A stretch of 64,000 bases of DNA from the human T2T-CHM13v2.0 reference genome, Homo sapiens. Positions within the stretch are counted from its first letter, which is position 1. Each line of letters starts with the position of its first letter. The notes under the pieces were generated by a model that was given only the letters and a program-made list of their open reading frames with translations, was not told the DNA's origin and did not search any database. Positions 27,723 to 46,842 of this stretch are shown here, piece after piece. The stretch is from assembly GCF_009914755.1 (NCBI RefSeq), contig NC_060928.1. The stretch is one strand, 5' to 3'. Position numbers and translations under genes: made by a program.

Positions 27723-28383
27723 TATATTGGTTTGTTACTCTATCAACTTAGTGAAACTGGAATTACATTTCCCAGGATTTCCTTGTCTGTATGGCTCTGG
27801 GTTAGGAGTGGCCACACATTTTGGTGTAATCTGGAAGGTGGAAATGAAACAGTAGCCATTATTTTATCACTGATCTGCTGGCTCACTTGGTCTGGGCTGG
27901 CTCACAGCTGGTCTAGCCCCTACCCACCTCCTCCTTCAGCTTCTCCATATGGACAGCTCTCAGACTAGTGATACAGCTTTTCCTGTTCATCACCAGGTGA
28001 GATGCAGTGAGAGACAAACATGAGTTCCAGTTTTTCCTTGTAGGTTCCAGTTTACCTTCATGATTCTAGTTTTTCCTCACTTTTTCCCAAGTACATCCAG
28101 CTTTCCATCCTGACTTCCAGCCCTGCTGGCCAAGAGTGACCCCAGGCCCACCACCAGATGGTTCACTGGGATTCACAGAGACAGTTGCCACAAAGACCCA
28201 AAAACCTTTCATAGACTTCAACACCAGCCTTCTTCATAGTTCCACTGCAGAAGCTGGTTAGTGGCTTTTCTTTGATCATTTTCAGGCCTTCATTTCCCTA
28301 GTTCCTCCCCATAGTTGTATAAAATCCTTGGTTCATTTTGTCCATAGTGGCTCTGCTTCCCTGATGGTACTCTGACCAATACA
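27723..28383 (+). mobile_element. ERVL-class LTR (MLT2-like)
   Basis: ctatcaacttagtgaaactggaattacatttcccaggatttcc...tagtggctctgcttccctgatggtactctgaccaataca. Confidence 0.6.
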
Positions 28384-30541
28384 GGGAGTAAGGGAAGGAG
28401 ATGTTGGAAGACTTCTAAGCTCTGACTTGGAAGATGAACCAAGAAGATGTATATGAAGAGTGCCCAAAAGATAGCTAGAGACATGTACCTAAAGCTCTTG
28501 GAAGGACTCCCCTTATGGCTCTCAAAAGAATGAAAGAGACAGTCGGATTAACCTAAAGAACTCAGAGATCTAGGGAAGCTCTCATTCCCAACCCGGGGCT
28601 CGCTACAATTAAGGCTTCATTGCTAGGTCACAGACTCATCTGCCCTGCTAACCTAGCTGTGTAGAAAGAGATTTATCCCTAAAAGAATTTGACTTTGGAT
28701 ATATCGGACCACCACTGTCCTTGTAGGAATAATGGCCAAAAATATTTATCCTAGATCTATATTAATATAAGTTTATTTATAATCCATTTGTATATTTGTT
28801 TGATATTTTTACTTTTATATATATATGTCTATCATATGCAGCCCCAACAATCCTAATAGATACAAAAGATTTACAGGATGTATTGCCGGGTGACTGTGTG
28901 CGCTTAAGGAGATTAAACTTTATTCTTTTGGGGGAAGGGGCTGCAGTGGAAGGTAGTTCCCACCCATAGTCCTTACACTCTTCTTTTGAAAGGGAGAATT
29001 TCTAAGAAGAAATGGTTAACCCAGTTTGAAATATACAGTTTATTTCCAAGATCCATTTTTAAGGCATATCATGATGGCCTCCTTTAGTTTTCTCCTACTG
29101 GTCATCAATTATACTGTCTACCATAGTTATATACTTCTGTAGTGGAGAGGAAAGGGGGCATCTGAGAGATGTGCTTAAAGAGCAACATTGCATTTGGTCT
29201 AATCCTTTATTTTAACACGAAGATTTGAGGCATACATAACTCACAATCATTGCATGTGTTTAAAGGTAATTTTTTCTAATTGGATGGGAATGGCCCTATA
29301 GTGTATGAACATTTTCTAAATATACAAGATAATATATTATAACTTTGTTCCTAGAGTACCAGAAAGTTGTTTGGTCAGCTGATTGTTATCTGAGAATCAA
29401 CTCAGAAAAGAAAAATAGCCTAGAACAGTCTGAGCTATGTAAGGTATGCAAAATTTATCAGGCCCAGAGAGACATTAATTAGTGTGGAATTTCGGTCACC
29501 CCCTTACTCTACTTTTTCTTTTTTCCATTGCAATTATCACTGTCTAACATCCTATGTAATATATTACATACTACATTTATTATTTATTTTCTGTATCCTC
29601 CCACTAGAATGTAAGCGCTTGGGGGCAGGTATCTTTGATTTTTTGTATACTGATGGAACCAAAATACCTAGAACTGTGTTTGGCACATAATAAGGGCTCA
29701 ATAAATAGGGGTGGAGTTGAATTGAACGTTTACACTAGGTAGTGAAGTTAATCAATTATAGTATAATGGCCTTTATTATGATACATTCAGAACCAGAAAC
29801 AAAAGTGCAAAAAGATTTTTAAAAGACAGTCATAGAAGTTACCTCTCATACGTATGTCATGATATAAATCAGATTTTAAGTGCTTACTGCTTTTGTGTCC
29901 AGAGGTGATGGATGTTATTCACATCCATCTTGGATGTGATGACAGTCACTGTATTGCCTGAACGATAATAGAAGCAGCTTTCTATCTATCAAAACATCAA
30001 AAGAATCAAAGTATGTTTCAGAAGAGATGCTCAAATACTGTCACCTGAAATCAGTCATCCCTTGTGGATAATATTTAGGGACACTGAATTTTCAATAATT
30101 TAAATGCTGTTAGACTTTAGTAGCTGCTGAATGAATACAACGCAGTAGGGTCTGTGTAAGGTGCTTTACATGCTTCAATTCATTTAATATTCCCACAAAC
30201 CAGCAAGAAGATATTATAATTTTGCAAATGAAGAAACTGAGATACAGAAATGACATCCAGCACCCTCAGTGTCACACAGAGAGTAAATGGACTGGCCTGA
30301 ACCAGGCTGCCTCCTGGAACTGGTTTCTTTGGTGAGCATATAGATGAAAAATAAACTGCAGGGAATTTTTGTTTGCTTATTTGCAATTGTAACATAGACA
30401 CTCCCATTTTCTCTTCTCCCTTCCTCCCCATCCAAAACAAAAAGCAACCATTCCCTTACTCAAAGAGCATTGACTGGCAATGCTTCAAAGCATGGATGGT
30501 TTCTGGGACTAAATATATTATATTATAATATAATATAAATA

Positions 30542-30878
30542 CATTTGTCCCTCAGTGGTCCAAGGGAAATTGGTTTCAGGACCTCCTTGGATACTAAAAT
30601 CCACAAGTGCTTGAGTCTCATATAAAATTGGATAGTGTTGCATATAACCTACACACATCCTCCTGTATACTTGAAATCATCTCTAGATTACTTATACCTA
30701 ATACAATGTAAATGTTATGTAAATAGTTGTCATACTGTATTGTTTAGAGAATAATGGCAAGAAAAAAGGCTGTACATGTTCAGTAAAGATGTAACCATCC
30801 ATTATTTTCCCCGAATATTTTCAAATTGAGGTTGGTTGAATCCATGGATGGAGAACTCGTGGATACAAGGGCTGACTA
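30542..30878. mobile_element. MER2 (Tigger-derived) DNA transposon
   Basis: gcatataacctacacacatcctcctgtatacttgaaatcatctctagattacttatacctaatacaatgtaaatg, typical MER2 core; TA flanks. Confidence 0.85.
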
Positions 30879-31138
30879 TAATGAGAAGATATGAAAGCTG
30901 AAAAGACAAACATTACTACATATTTACATATGTCCAAAGAAGAAGGTAACAAAAGCCTACCTGACTTGAGTTTATGATATAGTTTTCTGAAAGATCTTGG
31001 AGATTGAGTTGGGCACTAATTTGGTATCAAGGCTATAGGATAAGATGGCAAAGAAGATTTGAAAGACATTTATCTAAGAATTTTGAAGGTAGTTCCCCCA
31101 TGTCACTTTTAGGAAAGATTGTTGTAAAAGCTTAAATA

Positions 31139-31488
<350 letters not shown>

Positions 31489-31909
31489 TCAGTTCCCAGA
31501 CAGTTGTTCCTTGAATGGAAGTTCATATGAAATTGGATCACAAACTGGCTTGTTGTTATGGATTATGTTTTGAAAAGAAAAAAAAATAGATAATCAGCTC
31601 CATCATCACCCAAGCTTGAGATCACAAAGTAATCTAATGCCTCTCCTATTATCTATGTATTACTGCATAGTAAATTACCCCAAAATTTAGTAACTAAAAA
31701 TAATAATAAGCACTTATTATGTCTCACAGGTTCATCTCCACGTGGACCTCCCTATAGAGCTTCTTGAATGGCCTCACAACATGGCGGCTGGCTTCCCACA
31801 GAGTGAGCAATCCAAGAGTAGGTGGAAGCTGTGATGTCTTTTATGACCTAGCCTTCTTTAACATCATTCTTCTTTAACAGAGCTTGTTTTGTAATTATAT
31901 TTAGTTATA

Positions 31910-32323
31910 TGTATTTATTTTGCTTGTCTATATTTTAAAGCTTTTCCTTCAATGAACACATGTAATTGTAAAATTAAAACAATATTGAGAAAAAGAAATC
32001 ACACACATGGACACTCAAAAACCAAGCAAGCAATGTGAAGGTCCTGTTATAAAGAATGACACAGTAGAGTAGAAAGGTTGATGAATGGGCTTTGGGTCAT
32101 GACAGTCCTGGGTTCAAAGCCCAACTGTCCTACTTACTTACAGTGTGGCCTTAGGTAAGTTTCACACCCTTGCTAAGACTCAGTTTTGCCATCCATTAAA
32201 AATGAAGGGGGTAATGCATCAAAACCATCGGGCTTTGTGAGGAAACGCACATGAGCCAGAGGGTCTGGGATGGGATGTTGGGGATGGTGAGGGTAATGTA
32301 CAGGGGATTACATGTAAATGGTT
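31910..32323. repeat. Long inverted repeat, left arm
   Basis: Reverse complement of 33771-34188; about 16 substitutions and one 4-bp indel by manual alignment. Confidence 0.95.
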
Positions 32324-32810
32324 ATATGTATTTCTACCCATTTATTTCCTACACTAGATTGAGAAGCTTTGAAGGTAGGGACTGATTCATACATCTGCAA
32401 ATCTCCACAACTCCTAAACTGTGCCTTTGAGAGGTATGATAAGGAGAAAGGCAGTAGTGGGTCATGGTTAGTACAGAGACGGTTAAGCCAGATAAATGCT
32501 GAGTTTGAATCACAGCTCTGTCATTTGAAGGCTGTGAGATCTCAGGCAAGTGATTTAACCTCTCTGAGCCTATGTTTTCTCATTTCTAAAAAGCAAGTTA
32601 ATATTAATTAACTTAGTAATTATAATATTTGTTACAATTATTATTTATCAGTAGTAATAACTGTTATAATAGTTAATAATGCCTGCCTTTCAGAGTGTGA
32701 GAATTGGATAATGTGTACAATGTTTTTAGCACTATGCCTTGCACATACTAAATGCTTAATAAGTGGTAGCCATTAATATGGTACATAGTTTGCATTTAAT
32801 AGTTTTTTTA

Positions 32811-33410
<600 letters not shown>

Positions 33411-33770
33411 CTATAGTATTCACAGCATGGTGGGCATCCCAGTAGACCTTCTTTTCCTCTTCTTTATATCTATCTGTGATGCTATAAAACTGCTCTGTAA
33501 CAATCTGAAGCTGAATGATTGCAGGTAAAGCCAGGGAGTATCATAATCCCCCTACTCAAGCAAGAAGCATTGACTGACATACACTCTTCCCATGCCCACA
33601 AACCAGGCACGCTGGAGAATAAAAAGAAGATATGACTTCTGTTTTGAGGAACATATGATGATCTGGGGAATTCAAATTGCATACACACCAAAAAACAACT
33701 TTGGTTAATATGTTAAGTGAGAGAAAATAATTGGTACATAATTGCTCTTTATGATTTTATTGTCAATGGA

Positions 33771-34188
33771 AACCATTTAAATGTAATCCTGTGTACATTA
33801 CCCTCACCATCTTCAACATCCCATCCCAGACCCTCTGGCTCATGTGCGTTTCCTCACAAAGCCCGATGGTTTTGATGCATTACCCCCTCCCTTTTTAATG
33901 GATGGCAGAACTGAGTCTTAGCAAGGGTGTGAAACTTACCTAAGGCCACACTGTAAGTAAGCAGGAGAGTCGGACTTTGAACCCAGAACTGTCATGACCC
34001 AAAGCCCATTCATCAACCTTTCTGCTCTACTGTGTCATTCTTTATAACAGGACCTTCACATTGCTTGCTTGGTTTTTGAGTGTCCATGTGTGTGATTTCT
34101 TTTTCTCAATATTGTTTTAATTTTACAATTACATGTGTTCATTGAAGGAAAAGTTTTAAAATATAGAGAAGCAAAATAAATAAATACA
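33771..34188. repeat. Long inverted repeat, right arm
   Basis: Reverse complement of 31910-32323. Confidence 0.95.
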
Positions 34189-34982
34189 GACAGCTTAACT
34201 TTGGCATTAGTGTAGCCTGGTTTACCTGTTGTCAAGAGTAATCACAGAACATAACTTCAGGAGTCCTGTCCTACCTACCCTGGCTCCCCTGGGGAGACAG
34301 GCAGCCCAGTGTGAACTGTAAGCTTACCAGTTCTTTGTGGGTCCAGTTTTTTATATTTTCTCACATGTGCACAATGAAATGTCAGAGTCTGAAGGGAACA
34401 TATTGGTTATTAAATGATTCTAAACCAATTTCCTCATTTTTTCAAATGGTCTCATTCTAGACCATTTCTTCATGATTCTAGACTATACAAGCCCCGGGCA
34501 TTTAAATAACTTGGCAATGATAATTCTCAAAAAGGTAAAATTATCCCTCACCAGAGAAAAGGCAGCAAAACATTTGGAAACTCTCTGTGCACACACAGGT
34601 TATGTTTTATTTCATAATATTCTTAAGTCCATTTGTTCATAAATTCAAAGTGCTGGTTTACAGGCAACCACTACTGCCATCTGTTGGTGGTGGACAGAGT
34701 TGATGCATTTCTGCATAAGGGCATAAAATGGTTCTTTTTTTTTTTTTTTTTTTTTTTTTAATAATTTTTTTTTTTTTATTATACTCTAAGTTTTAGGGTA
34801 CATGTGCACATTGTGCAGGTTAGTTACATATGTATACATGTGCCATGCTGGTGCGCTGCACCCACTAACGTGTCATCTAGCATTAGGTATATCTCCCAAT
34901 GCTATCCCTCCCCCCTCCCCCGACCCCACCACAGTCCCCAGAGTGTGATATTCCCCTTCCTGTGTCCATGTGATCTCATTGT

Positions 34983-38834
<3,852 letters not shown>

Positions 38835-38873
38835 TCATTAGTTGATGCAGTTTCTTCCTAGTCTCGATGGTCT

Positions 38874-38956
38874 TTACATTTTGGCATGATTTTGCAGCGG
38901 CTGGTACCGGTTGTTCCTTTCCATGTTTAGTGCTTCCTTCAGGAGCTCTTTTAGGG
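38874..38956 (-). pseudogene. L1 ORF1 C-terminal remnant
   Basis: LKELLKEALNMERNNRYQPLQNHAKM* followed by the canonical 63-nt inter-ORF spacer (38811-38873). Confidence 0.93.
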
Positions 38957-39054
38957 AAAATGGTTCTTATCTGTGAAAGTCCTTGATGAAGTTCGCCACA
39001 GGAACTTCTGCGTTCAGGATAGAAAGAGAGAGATAGAGAGGGAGGGGGAGGCAT

Positions 39055-39640
39055 GTGGAGTCAGACAGGCCTGCATTCAAATCTTGGCTATGCCTCATGC
39101 AAGAATTGTAGCCACTTTCATTTTCGGTTTTCCATTTGTAAAATGGGGATAATAACTATTTCATAGGGATGCTGTAAGAATTAAGTTTAAAAATGAGTAT
39201 TCAGGTAAATGCTAGCCAAAATCTTGGTGGCCTCACAAGAGTAGTTTATTTCTTGCTCACATCACAGTTCAAAGGGGTCCTACTGATCACCAGACAGCTC
39301 TCCAACAAGTGTTGATTTGGGACCAAGCTCATTTTATCTTAATGACTCCACCATCTTCAACTTGGGCTTCCAAGGTCACCCTGGAGCCCAACATCCATCC
39401 AACAGAGCAGGAGGAGAGGGCATGAAGGAGGTTTTTATGAGCCAAGCCTGGAGCTTCATACACCAGTTCTACACCCATTCCTTTAGCCAGAACTCAGTGT
39501 CATGGTTGCATCTCACTGCTGGGAAGGCTGGGGAACATGGTCCAGCAGTCTCAGACACAGCATGCCAATTAACAAATACATGTAAAGTAATTAGCTCAGC
39601 TCCTCCTTCACAGTAAGTGATCACAAATGGTAGTAGCCAC
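39055..39640. mobile_element. MIR interrupted by an MLT1-type LTR (~39200-39560)
   Basis: MIR 5' half tggagtcagacaggcctgcattcaaatc...ctgtaagaattaa; MLT1-like agtttatttcttgctcacatcacag...agccagaactcagtgtcatgg; MIR resumes atacatgtaaagt. Confidence 0.55.
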
Positions 39641-40090
39641 AATTTTTAGTAATAGAAACATAAGCAGCACTCTAATGCAGTTGGGCACTTTTATTTGTAT
39701 ACTATGTAATACTATTTCTAGTCTTCCAAGTTTTTAGCATGACACATATAAAACTAAGAGGCAATATGATGAGGTGAAAATAGCCTGGTCTTGGAGATGC
39801 AGCTTCTAATCCTGTGATCTTGGACAAATCACTCAATCTGAAACCCAGTTTCCTCATCTGGAGAATGGCAGGGTATCTGTGTAGTCTCCTCCTAACCCCA
39901 ACTCCCCAGCTCTAAAGCTTTTTGCGTAGAAGTAATGCAAAATCAAGACAAACAAACATTCAGTGATTCTCAGAATAGGCAAGTCACAGAACATGAGTCT
40001 TGGATGGGCTTAGATGGGAAATATTTCTAAAGGAGAAAGAGCTTTAAGCCAGTTCTTGGAAGAAATGATGGTCCTGAATAGTGGGAATGA

Positions 40091-40558
<468 letters not shown>

Positions 40559-41689
40559 CTAGGTAGAGGGAAAGAAAAAGTTAACGATAGATTGCCAGGC
40601 TTAAGAGGTCATATTTAATCCAGAAAAGTCCCATTTGGAAACCAATTATGGGTTTTAGATGGGCAACTGACATCATGAAAATCTACTAGTCATTATGAAA
40701 AGAAATCTGATTAGATCATAGCACTTGATATAGAGTGGCTTTCCTTAAATTGCTGAACTTGTAAAATCTAAATGTTCCATTAAAAAATCTTCCAAATATG
40801 TTAGTTATCTGAATTCTCTATTCATTCCAAGGAAAAAGAAAGAGGTTCACATGGTAATGAAGAAAAAATGAAGGTATACGAAGAATCAATTTGTTGAAAG
40901 AGCGCCCAATTTCTCTTCTGTCTTTTATTTGATTCTTTTTAATTAAGAATAAATATGTAGGTAAGACATGAGTCAGAGCAAACTCAGAAAGTACCTAGAA
41001 GCTTTCAGTATTTGAGGCATGCTAGCTAGTTTCATGTGGGTGAAGTTTGGTTTTCAGGAAGACAAATTGAAAACAGAACTTGTTTGTTTAGATTTTGCCA
41101 TTCTCTAGGTGACTTACAAGGATGTTCAATGAATTATAAGAAGAAAGAATTTCTTCTTGGCAACTGCTATAAAGAGCCTTGTTTGGAGAGAATATGGTCC
41201 CAGAGCAGACCTTGAGCACATGACAGTTGTTCTTGGGACCAGGTCTGGGGAGACCACGTCTTAGCTGAAATAAACACAAGCAGAAGTTCAGTCCAGTCCT
41301 CAAACCAGGTTTTCAATAAATGTCTGTGTCACCCCTTTAAGAAACAGGAGAGCTGTGAAACACTCCAGAGAAATGCTGTTAGATGATGTGCTTGACTCTC
41401 CTTCAACTCCAAGAAGCTCTTGGGAGGCGCCATTTTTTTTTTTTTTTTTTAGAAAAAGATTACATTTTAGAAGAAGAATAACTGTTATTTACTACATTAT
41501 TAATTTACACAAATGAAATAGTCTACTATTAAATAACCACATGACTGTACAACGCACAAGTCTTTTCTGGGTTTCAGGTGTCAGTTTTCTTCTCTGTAAA
41601 ATATGAGGATTAGATTTCAGGGCTTCTTCCTCATCTAAAATGATAAAATCCAACTCAAAGACCTTCTTCTTTCTGGTGAAGTAACATGA

Positions 41690-42174
<485 letters not shown>

Positions 42175-42635
42175 TCTATTACTCTTAATGTATAGGAAAA
42201 CACTAGCAGACCATTGAGTAGGTACTGAGGGAAGAATCCTGCATTCAGCACAATAACACATCAGTGGGAGCCTCGAGCCTAAAGCTACTTCCCTCCCACC
42301 CCAAAGACAGCAAAGGACAGGAGCTGGTCTTCGTATCTTTATGCTTCTTAGAAACACCTGTGTTTTAATTGTGGCTCTACAATAGAGTGTTTGGACATGG
42401 GCACTTTCTAGTTTGGCAGTAGTTTATTTGCTATGTATCCTTATTCCTTATTCCAATTCAGTGTTTTTACATGGGTTCTACTTTTCTCTCAAGAAGGTGA
42501 TTTTTTTCTAAAGCAGGACCATATCCTAAATAGAGCAATTTTATACGCAGTGTCCAGGACACAGTATTTGATTATAAAATGATAATGATGAGAGCTTAAA
42601 AAATTCAAACTATAGAGCTGGTAGAGATTTTAGAG

Positions 42636-42826
42636 CAGCACTGTCTAATATGGTAGCCACTAGCCACGTGTAGCTATTTAAATTAATTAGAATTAAATTA
42701 AATTAAAAAATCAGTTCCTCAGTCATACAAGTGCTCAATAAGCACAGGTAGTCAGTGACTACCATTTTGGACCTCACAGATACGGAACATTTCCATCACT
42801 GCAGAAAGTTATATAGTACAATGCTG
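42636..42826. mobile_element. MER3-like hAT DNA transposon
   Basis: cagcactgtctaatatggtagccactagccacgtgtagctatttaaatt...gaacatttccatcactgcagaaagtt...tgctg. Confidence 0.8.
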
Positions 42827-42975
42827 CCTTAGCGATCAACGAGACACAAAATCATATTTGTAAAAGATGTCAGGGAACTTGGAATCCACTTAATACATTC
42901 TTATATCCAGGACATTTCAAATATTTTCAGTATCAAATAATATATCACCTTACAAAGTGGCCATTCCACCTTAGG

Positions 42976-43123
42976 AAAGCTTTGTATTTGAGAGTTCTTC
43001 CTTAAATGGAGTCAAAATCCATATCCCTGTAGCTTCTGCTCTCTCCATATACACAAGTATACTAACTCTCCCACTTGGAACTTCATCAGAGAGTCAATGC
43101 CAACTACTGTGTCTTGAGTTAAT
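42976..43123. repeat. Donor copy of the 148-bp inverted duplication
   Basis: Reverse complement of 42001-42148 with 7 mismatches. Confidence 0.95.
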
Positions 43124-45908
43124 TCCTCTTTCCCAGTGAACCCGTGCCACAGATGAGGAGGCTGAGGCTGGAGTTAGCAGTCCTCCCTGGAGACTCCATG
43201 ACAGAACTAAGACTGTTGATGTATTCCGGTCTAGCTGAACTGCTTTCAAGTCTAGAAACTAATTCATTAAAGAATGTGTGTGCATAAATTTGTAGAGTTT
43301 AAGTTCTTAGTCTTTTATCTTTTTTCCATTTTGTTGTTGCTGTTGTTGTTTTGTCATTGCTTTATTCTCTTTTTGCGCTGCATACTTCCTAAGAGACTGT
43401 AAGCTATTCCTTCCCCAGAAAAGCAAAGATTACTCAGGCTCTGCATGAGTGTTTCAGAATATAAAGCAATTGCCCTCATCCACACCCCAAATAACCCCAG
43501 ATGCCAAGCATAGAAATCACCAAATGGCTTGCTTCAGTTTGACAGTTCAAAAGCAGTTTAAGGGTAAAAGAGGAAACCAGAAGCATTAAAGATCAATGAT
43601 GTACTTCCACATGGTGTCTAGAAGAGAGGATGCCTTTGATAACGTATCATAAAGAAAGGGCATCTACCTCTCCAAAGTGGAGACTCTGCAGGTGAGATAC
43701 TGTGTTAAGTGCCAATTGCAGCTTTGGATCTGTTCAACAAATGCACATTGAAGTGTGGAGTCTGTGCTGGGGCAACAAAGATGATTGAAACATTGTGTTT
43801 ACCCTCTAGTCACTGGCAGGGAGGCCAAGTGGAGACAATAAACAGTCAATTACCACCATAGATGACTTCACTGGTCACTCCAATGGGTTTGTTTTCAAAG
43901 GAACCAGCAGGTCAGTCTTGGAAGTCAAACAGTTACAGGCTGTTGCTGTAACAGCAAAGCAACTCCTACGTGTCACTAGATAAGGGGAACTACAGATCAA
44001 GCTTCCTAGGGAAGAAGGTTCTCTGACCAAATCAGCCTGGGCCCAGAAAGTAAGTTGGCACTGTGTGAACAGCTAGCTATATGCTTTACCCACAAAAAAA
44101 CTGGTACCCGATCCAGTATATTAACTTTGGCATATAATCAGAAATAATGCTACCATCTGTGCAGAACTATCTCTTCCTTTTACACAATCACCAGCCTCCA
44201 CCAGCAACCATTCCCCTCAATATCCAGTACAGTGCTAGGTTCATGGTTGCACATACACACACACCACATAGATAGGATTTTATATAGAATTATTGTATAT
44301 ATATGTATATATACACACATATATAGGTATGATTTTGTTACATGTTTTATATGTTAATGATCATAATTTATACATAAATGTATATTTACATAAGGCACAT
44401 ACATTTACACTTATAAATACTTGTAATATTTTTATGTAACCCATATGTATGTATATGTATGCACACATATACACTGAAAACATTTCTAGAAGGATATAGA
44501 AGAAAGTTTTCATGGTGGTTACCTTAGCAGGGTAAGAATGGGGTTCTTGAGGTTAGAATAGGAAGATTACATTTGTATATTATTTTGTAGCCTTTTACAT
44601 AGTTTAATTTTTTACACTGTCTATTACTTTTAAAACAACAAAACATTTTATTAATATTTGGTTATAACAAGGATACCATCATCTATCTTCACACTCCAAA
44701 GTGAGTTTTAACATGCAATTAGGCTGGGTTTATCAGGGTGGCTTACCTTAGACTATTTAAGTTAAGATTTCTTCTACATCTGATGACCTAAGTTAGCCCG
44801 AAATAAGATTAAATGAGGTGATATATGTGCCTATGTGACAGTGCTTTGCAAACTATAAATTCCTACATGTAGGTCTGTAACCTAGCTTGTTGGAGTGTGC
44901 CCAGAACCCAACTTGATGAAATCATCTAGGTCCTGGTCCTCTTCCCTAGACTATTTTTGGAAGGAAGTAAGAGGACACTACCACAGGCTAAGGTAGGAGA
45001 GGGGAGGGTAGGAAGCCTCCAGAAGTGCTACTGTAACATGAGTCTCCTTGTGGAGGAACGCTTCTCTCCTGTGTGATGCCTGAGCTGCCAGACCTTCCCC
45101 CTATTCTTAGCTGATGAGTGAAGACCTCTGCTGGGACAACGAAGTATCATGCTAGGGAATTTCATACAAATATGGTGAATTCATTGTCTCTTTGTTTAAA
45201 GGCTGAGCCACCTCCCACTCTACTTTTTCACTCCCCTTTATTGACTCTCTGGAATCCTCTTGTTTAATTTATTAATTGAACCAACACTTATTGAGTCTCT
45301 CCTCAATAAGTCCTGTCATGTCCTGGGGAGATGAGATGAATATGATATAGTCCTAGTCATTGAGATATTCACTGTTAATAGTGGATAAGGACATGGAAAT
45401 TTTTTTTTAAATGCAATTCAGTCCATTGACTATTATAGCAAAAACATGCACAGAGAACTGTGACAGTGACTATGCAAAGGAAAGAAGAAGGGACATTGAA
45501 GAATGGGTAGGAGTTTGCCAGGCAGGAATTTTGAACAGACAGAGCAGCGCAGGCAAATGCAGAGAGGCTTGAAAATGCATGAGAGATTCAGGAGAAAGGG
45601 AATATAGTTGAGTTTGGCTGAAATACAGAATGGAGACAAAGTGACAGAGACAAATCTAAAAAGGCTAGACAGGGTCAGGTTGTAAATGGCATTGTGTATT
45701 GTGCTAAGGAGTTTGGACTCTGCCCAGTTGTCACTAAGATGGAAGGGAGTTCACTTGATTTTGCATCTTTTGTGAAGAAAAACTTACAAGCTACACAGTT
45801 ATTTACTTTGAACTGGCTAATAATTTATTCATAAGAACTTTTTTACTTATTTATTTCATTAAAAATTGGAATTTGCCATTTATACACTTTCTGTTTTTCT
45901 CCATTTAT

Positions 45909-46051
45909 TGTATGTGTATGTGTGTGTCACATACATATGTGTGTATGTGTGTGTCACATACATATGTGTGTATGTGTGTGTCACATACATGTGTATATGT
46001 GTGTGTCACATACATGTGTATATGTGTGTGTGTGATATACACATGTACGTA
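45909..46051. repeat. Purine-pyrimidine minisatellite, ~25-27-bp unit, ~5 copies
   Basis: (atgtgtgtatgtgtgtgtcacatacat)n. Confidence 0.9.
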
Positions 46052-46769
46052 TCTTAATATCGTCTATTTCCTTTTCTTGTTACATTTCCTGTGTGCTGAG
46101 CTGGGGTATTTATTCTTCTGAATGATGCAATGGGTTACCAAGATAATATATCAGGAAGGAAATCTTTCAAGATATAAGGACATTGACACTACCTTTTGTT
46201 TCAGTTTGATTAAACAGATGGAATTCCACGCAAGTGGAAAGTTGTGAAGGCGGACCCTATAGTATATACAACATCAGTGAACAAAAGCAGTGGGAAGTCA
46301 CTGAAAGGAAAGGCAGCAGAACGGTTTCTAGCATCTCACTCTTTACCACGGCACTCTGCTGCTTTAGGACTTATTGTTCAAAATCCAGGTTTTATATCAA
46401 TAACAAAAAGTGATGTTTTTACTTGTGAAATGCTAAAACTCCTAACCATCAGAGAAAGGAGTGGGTGATTGCCTGGAAAACGACTCATACATTCCTCGAA
46501 CATTTTTCTCAAAAAGTAATTATTTTGTGAACATGTAGAGGGCACTGGCAACTACAGTAAATGTGGGAGTGTTTTCTGAATAAAAACTGAAATTTTTGAT
46601 AAGGATTATTCTTCATTTTGTATATAGATGCTTTGGAGATGTCAAAAATCAACCAGAATTTTGAGCGTAGTATTTTAGAAAGTTTGGCATGACCTAATTT
46701 TAGTTAACTGGAAATATTCCTAATTAAAGATGAATATATTTGATGTGACAGAATGCCTTTAAGGATTTT

Positions 46770-46842
46770 AATGTTACAAGAATTAGTTCTAATTCTTTGT
46801 GTAATTAATATTACAAGAATTAGAACTAATTCTTGTAACATT
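46770..46842. repeat. Nested AT-rich palindrome
   Basis: Perfect 28-bp arms aatgttacaagaattagttctaattctt (46770-46797) and aagaattagaactaattcttgtaacatt (46815-46842). Confidence 0.93.

Noticed and set aside
45866-46121. Repetitive Cys/Val/Tyr-rich ORFs
   Set aside because: Translation of the minisatellite
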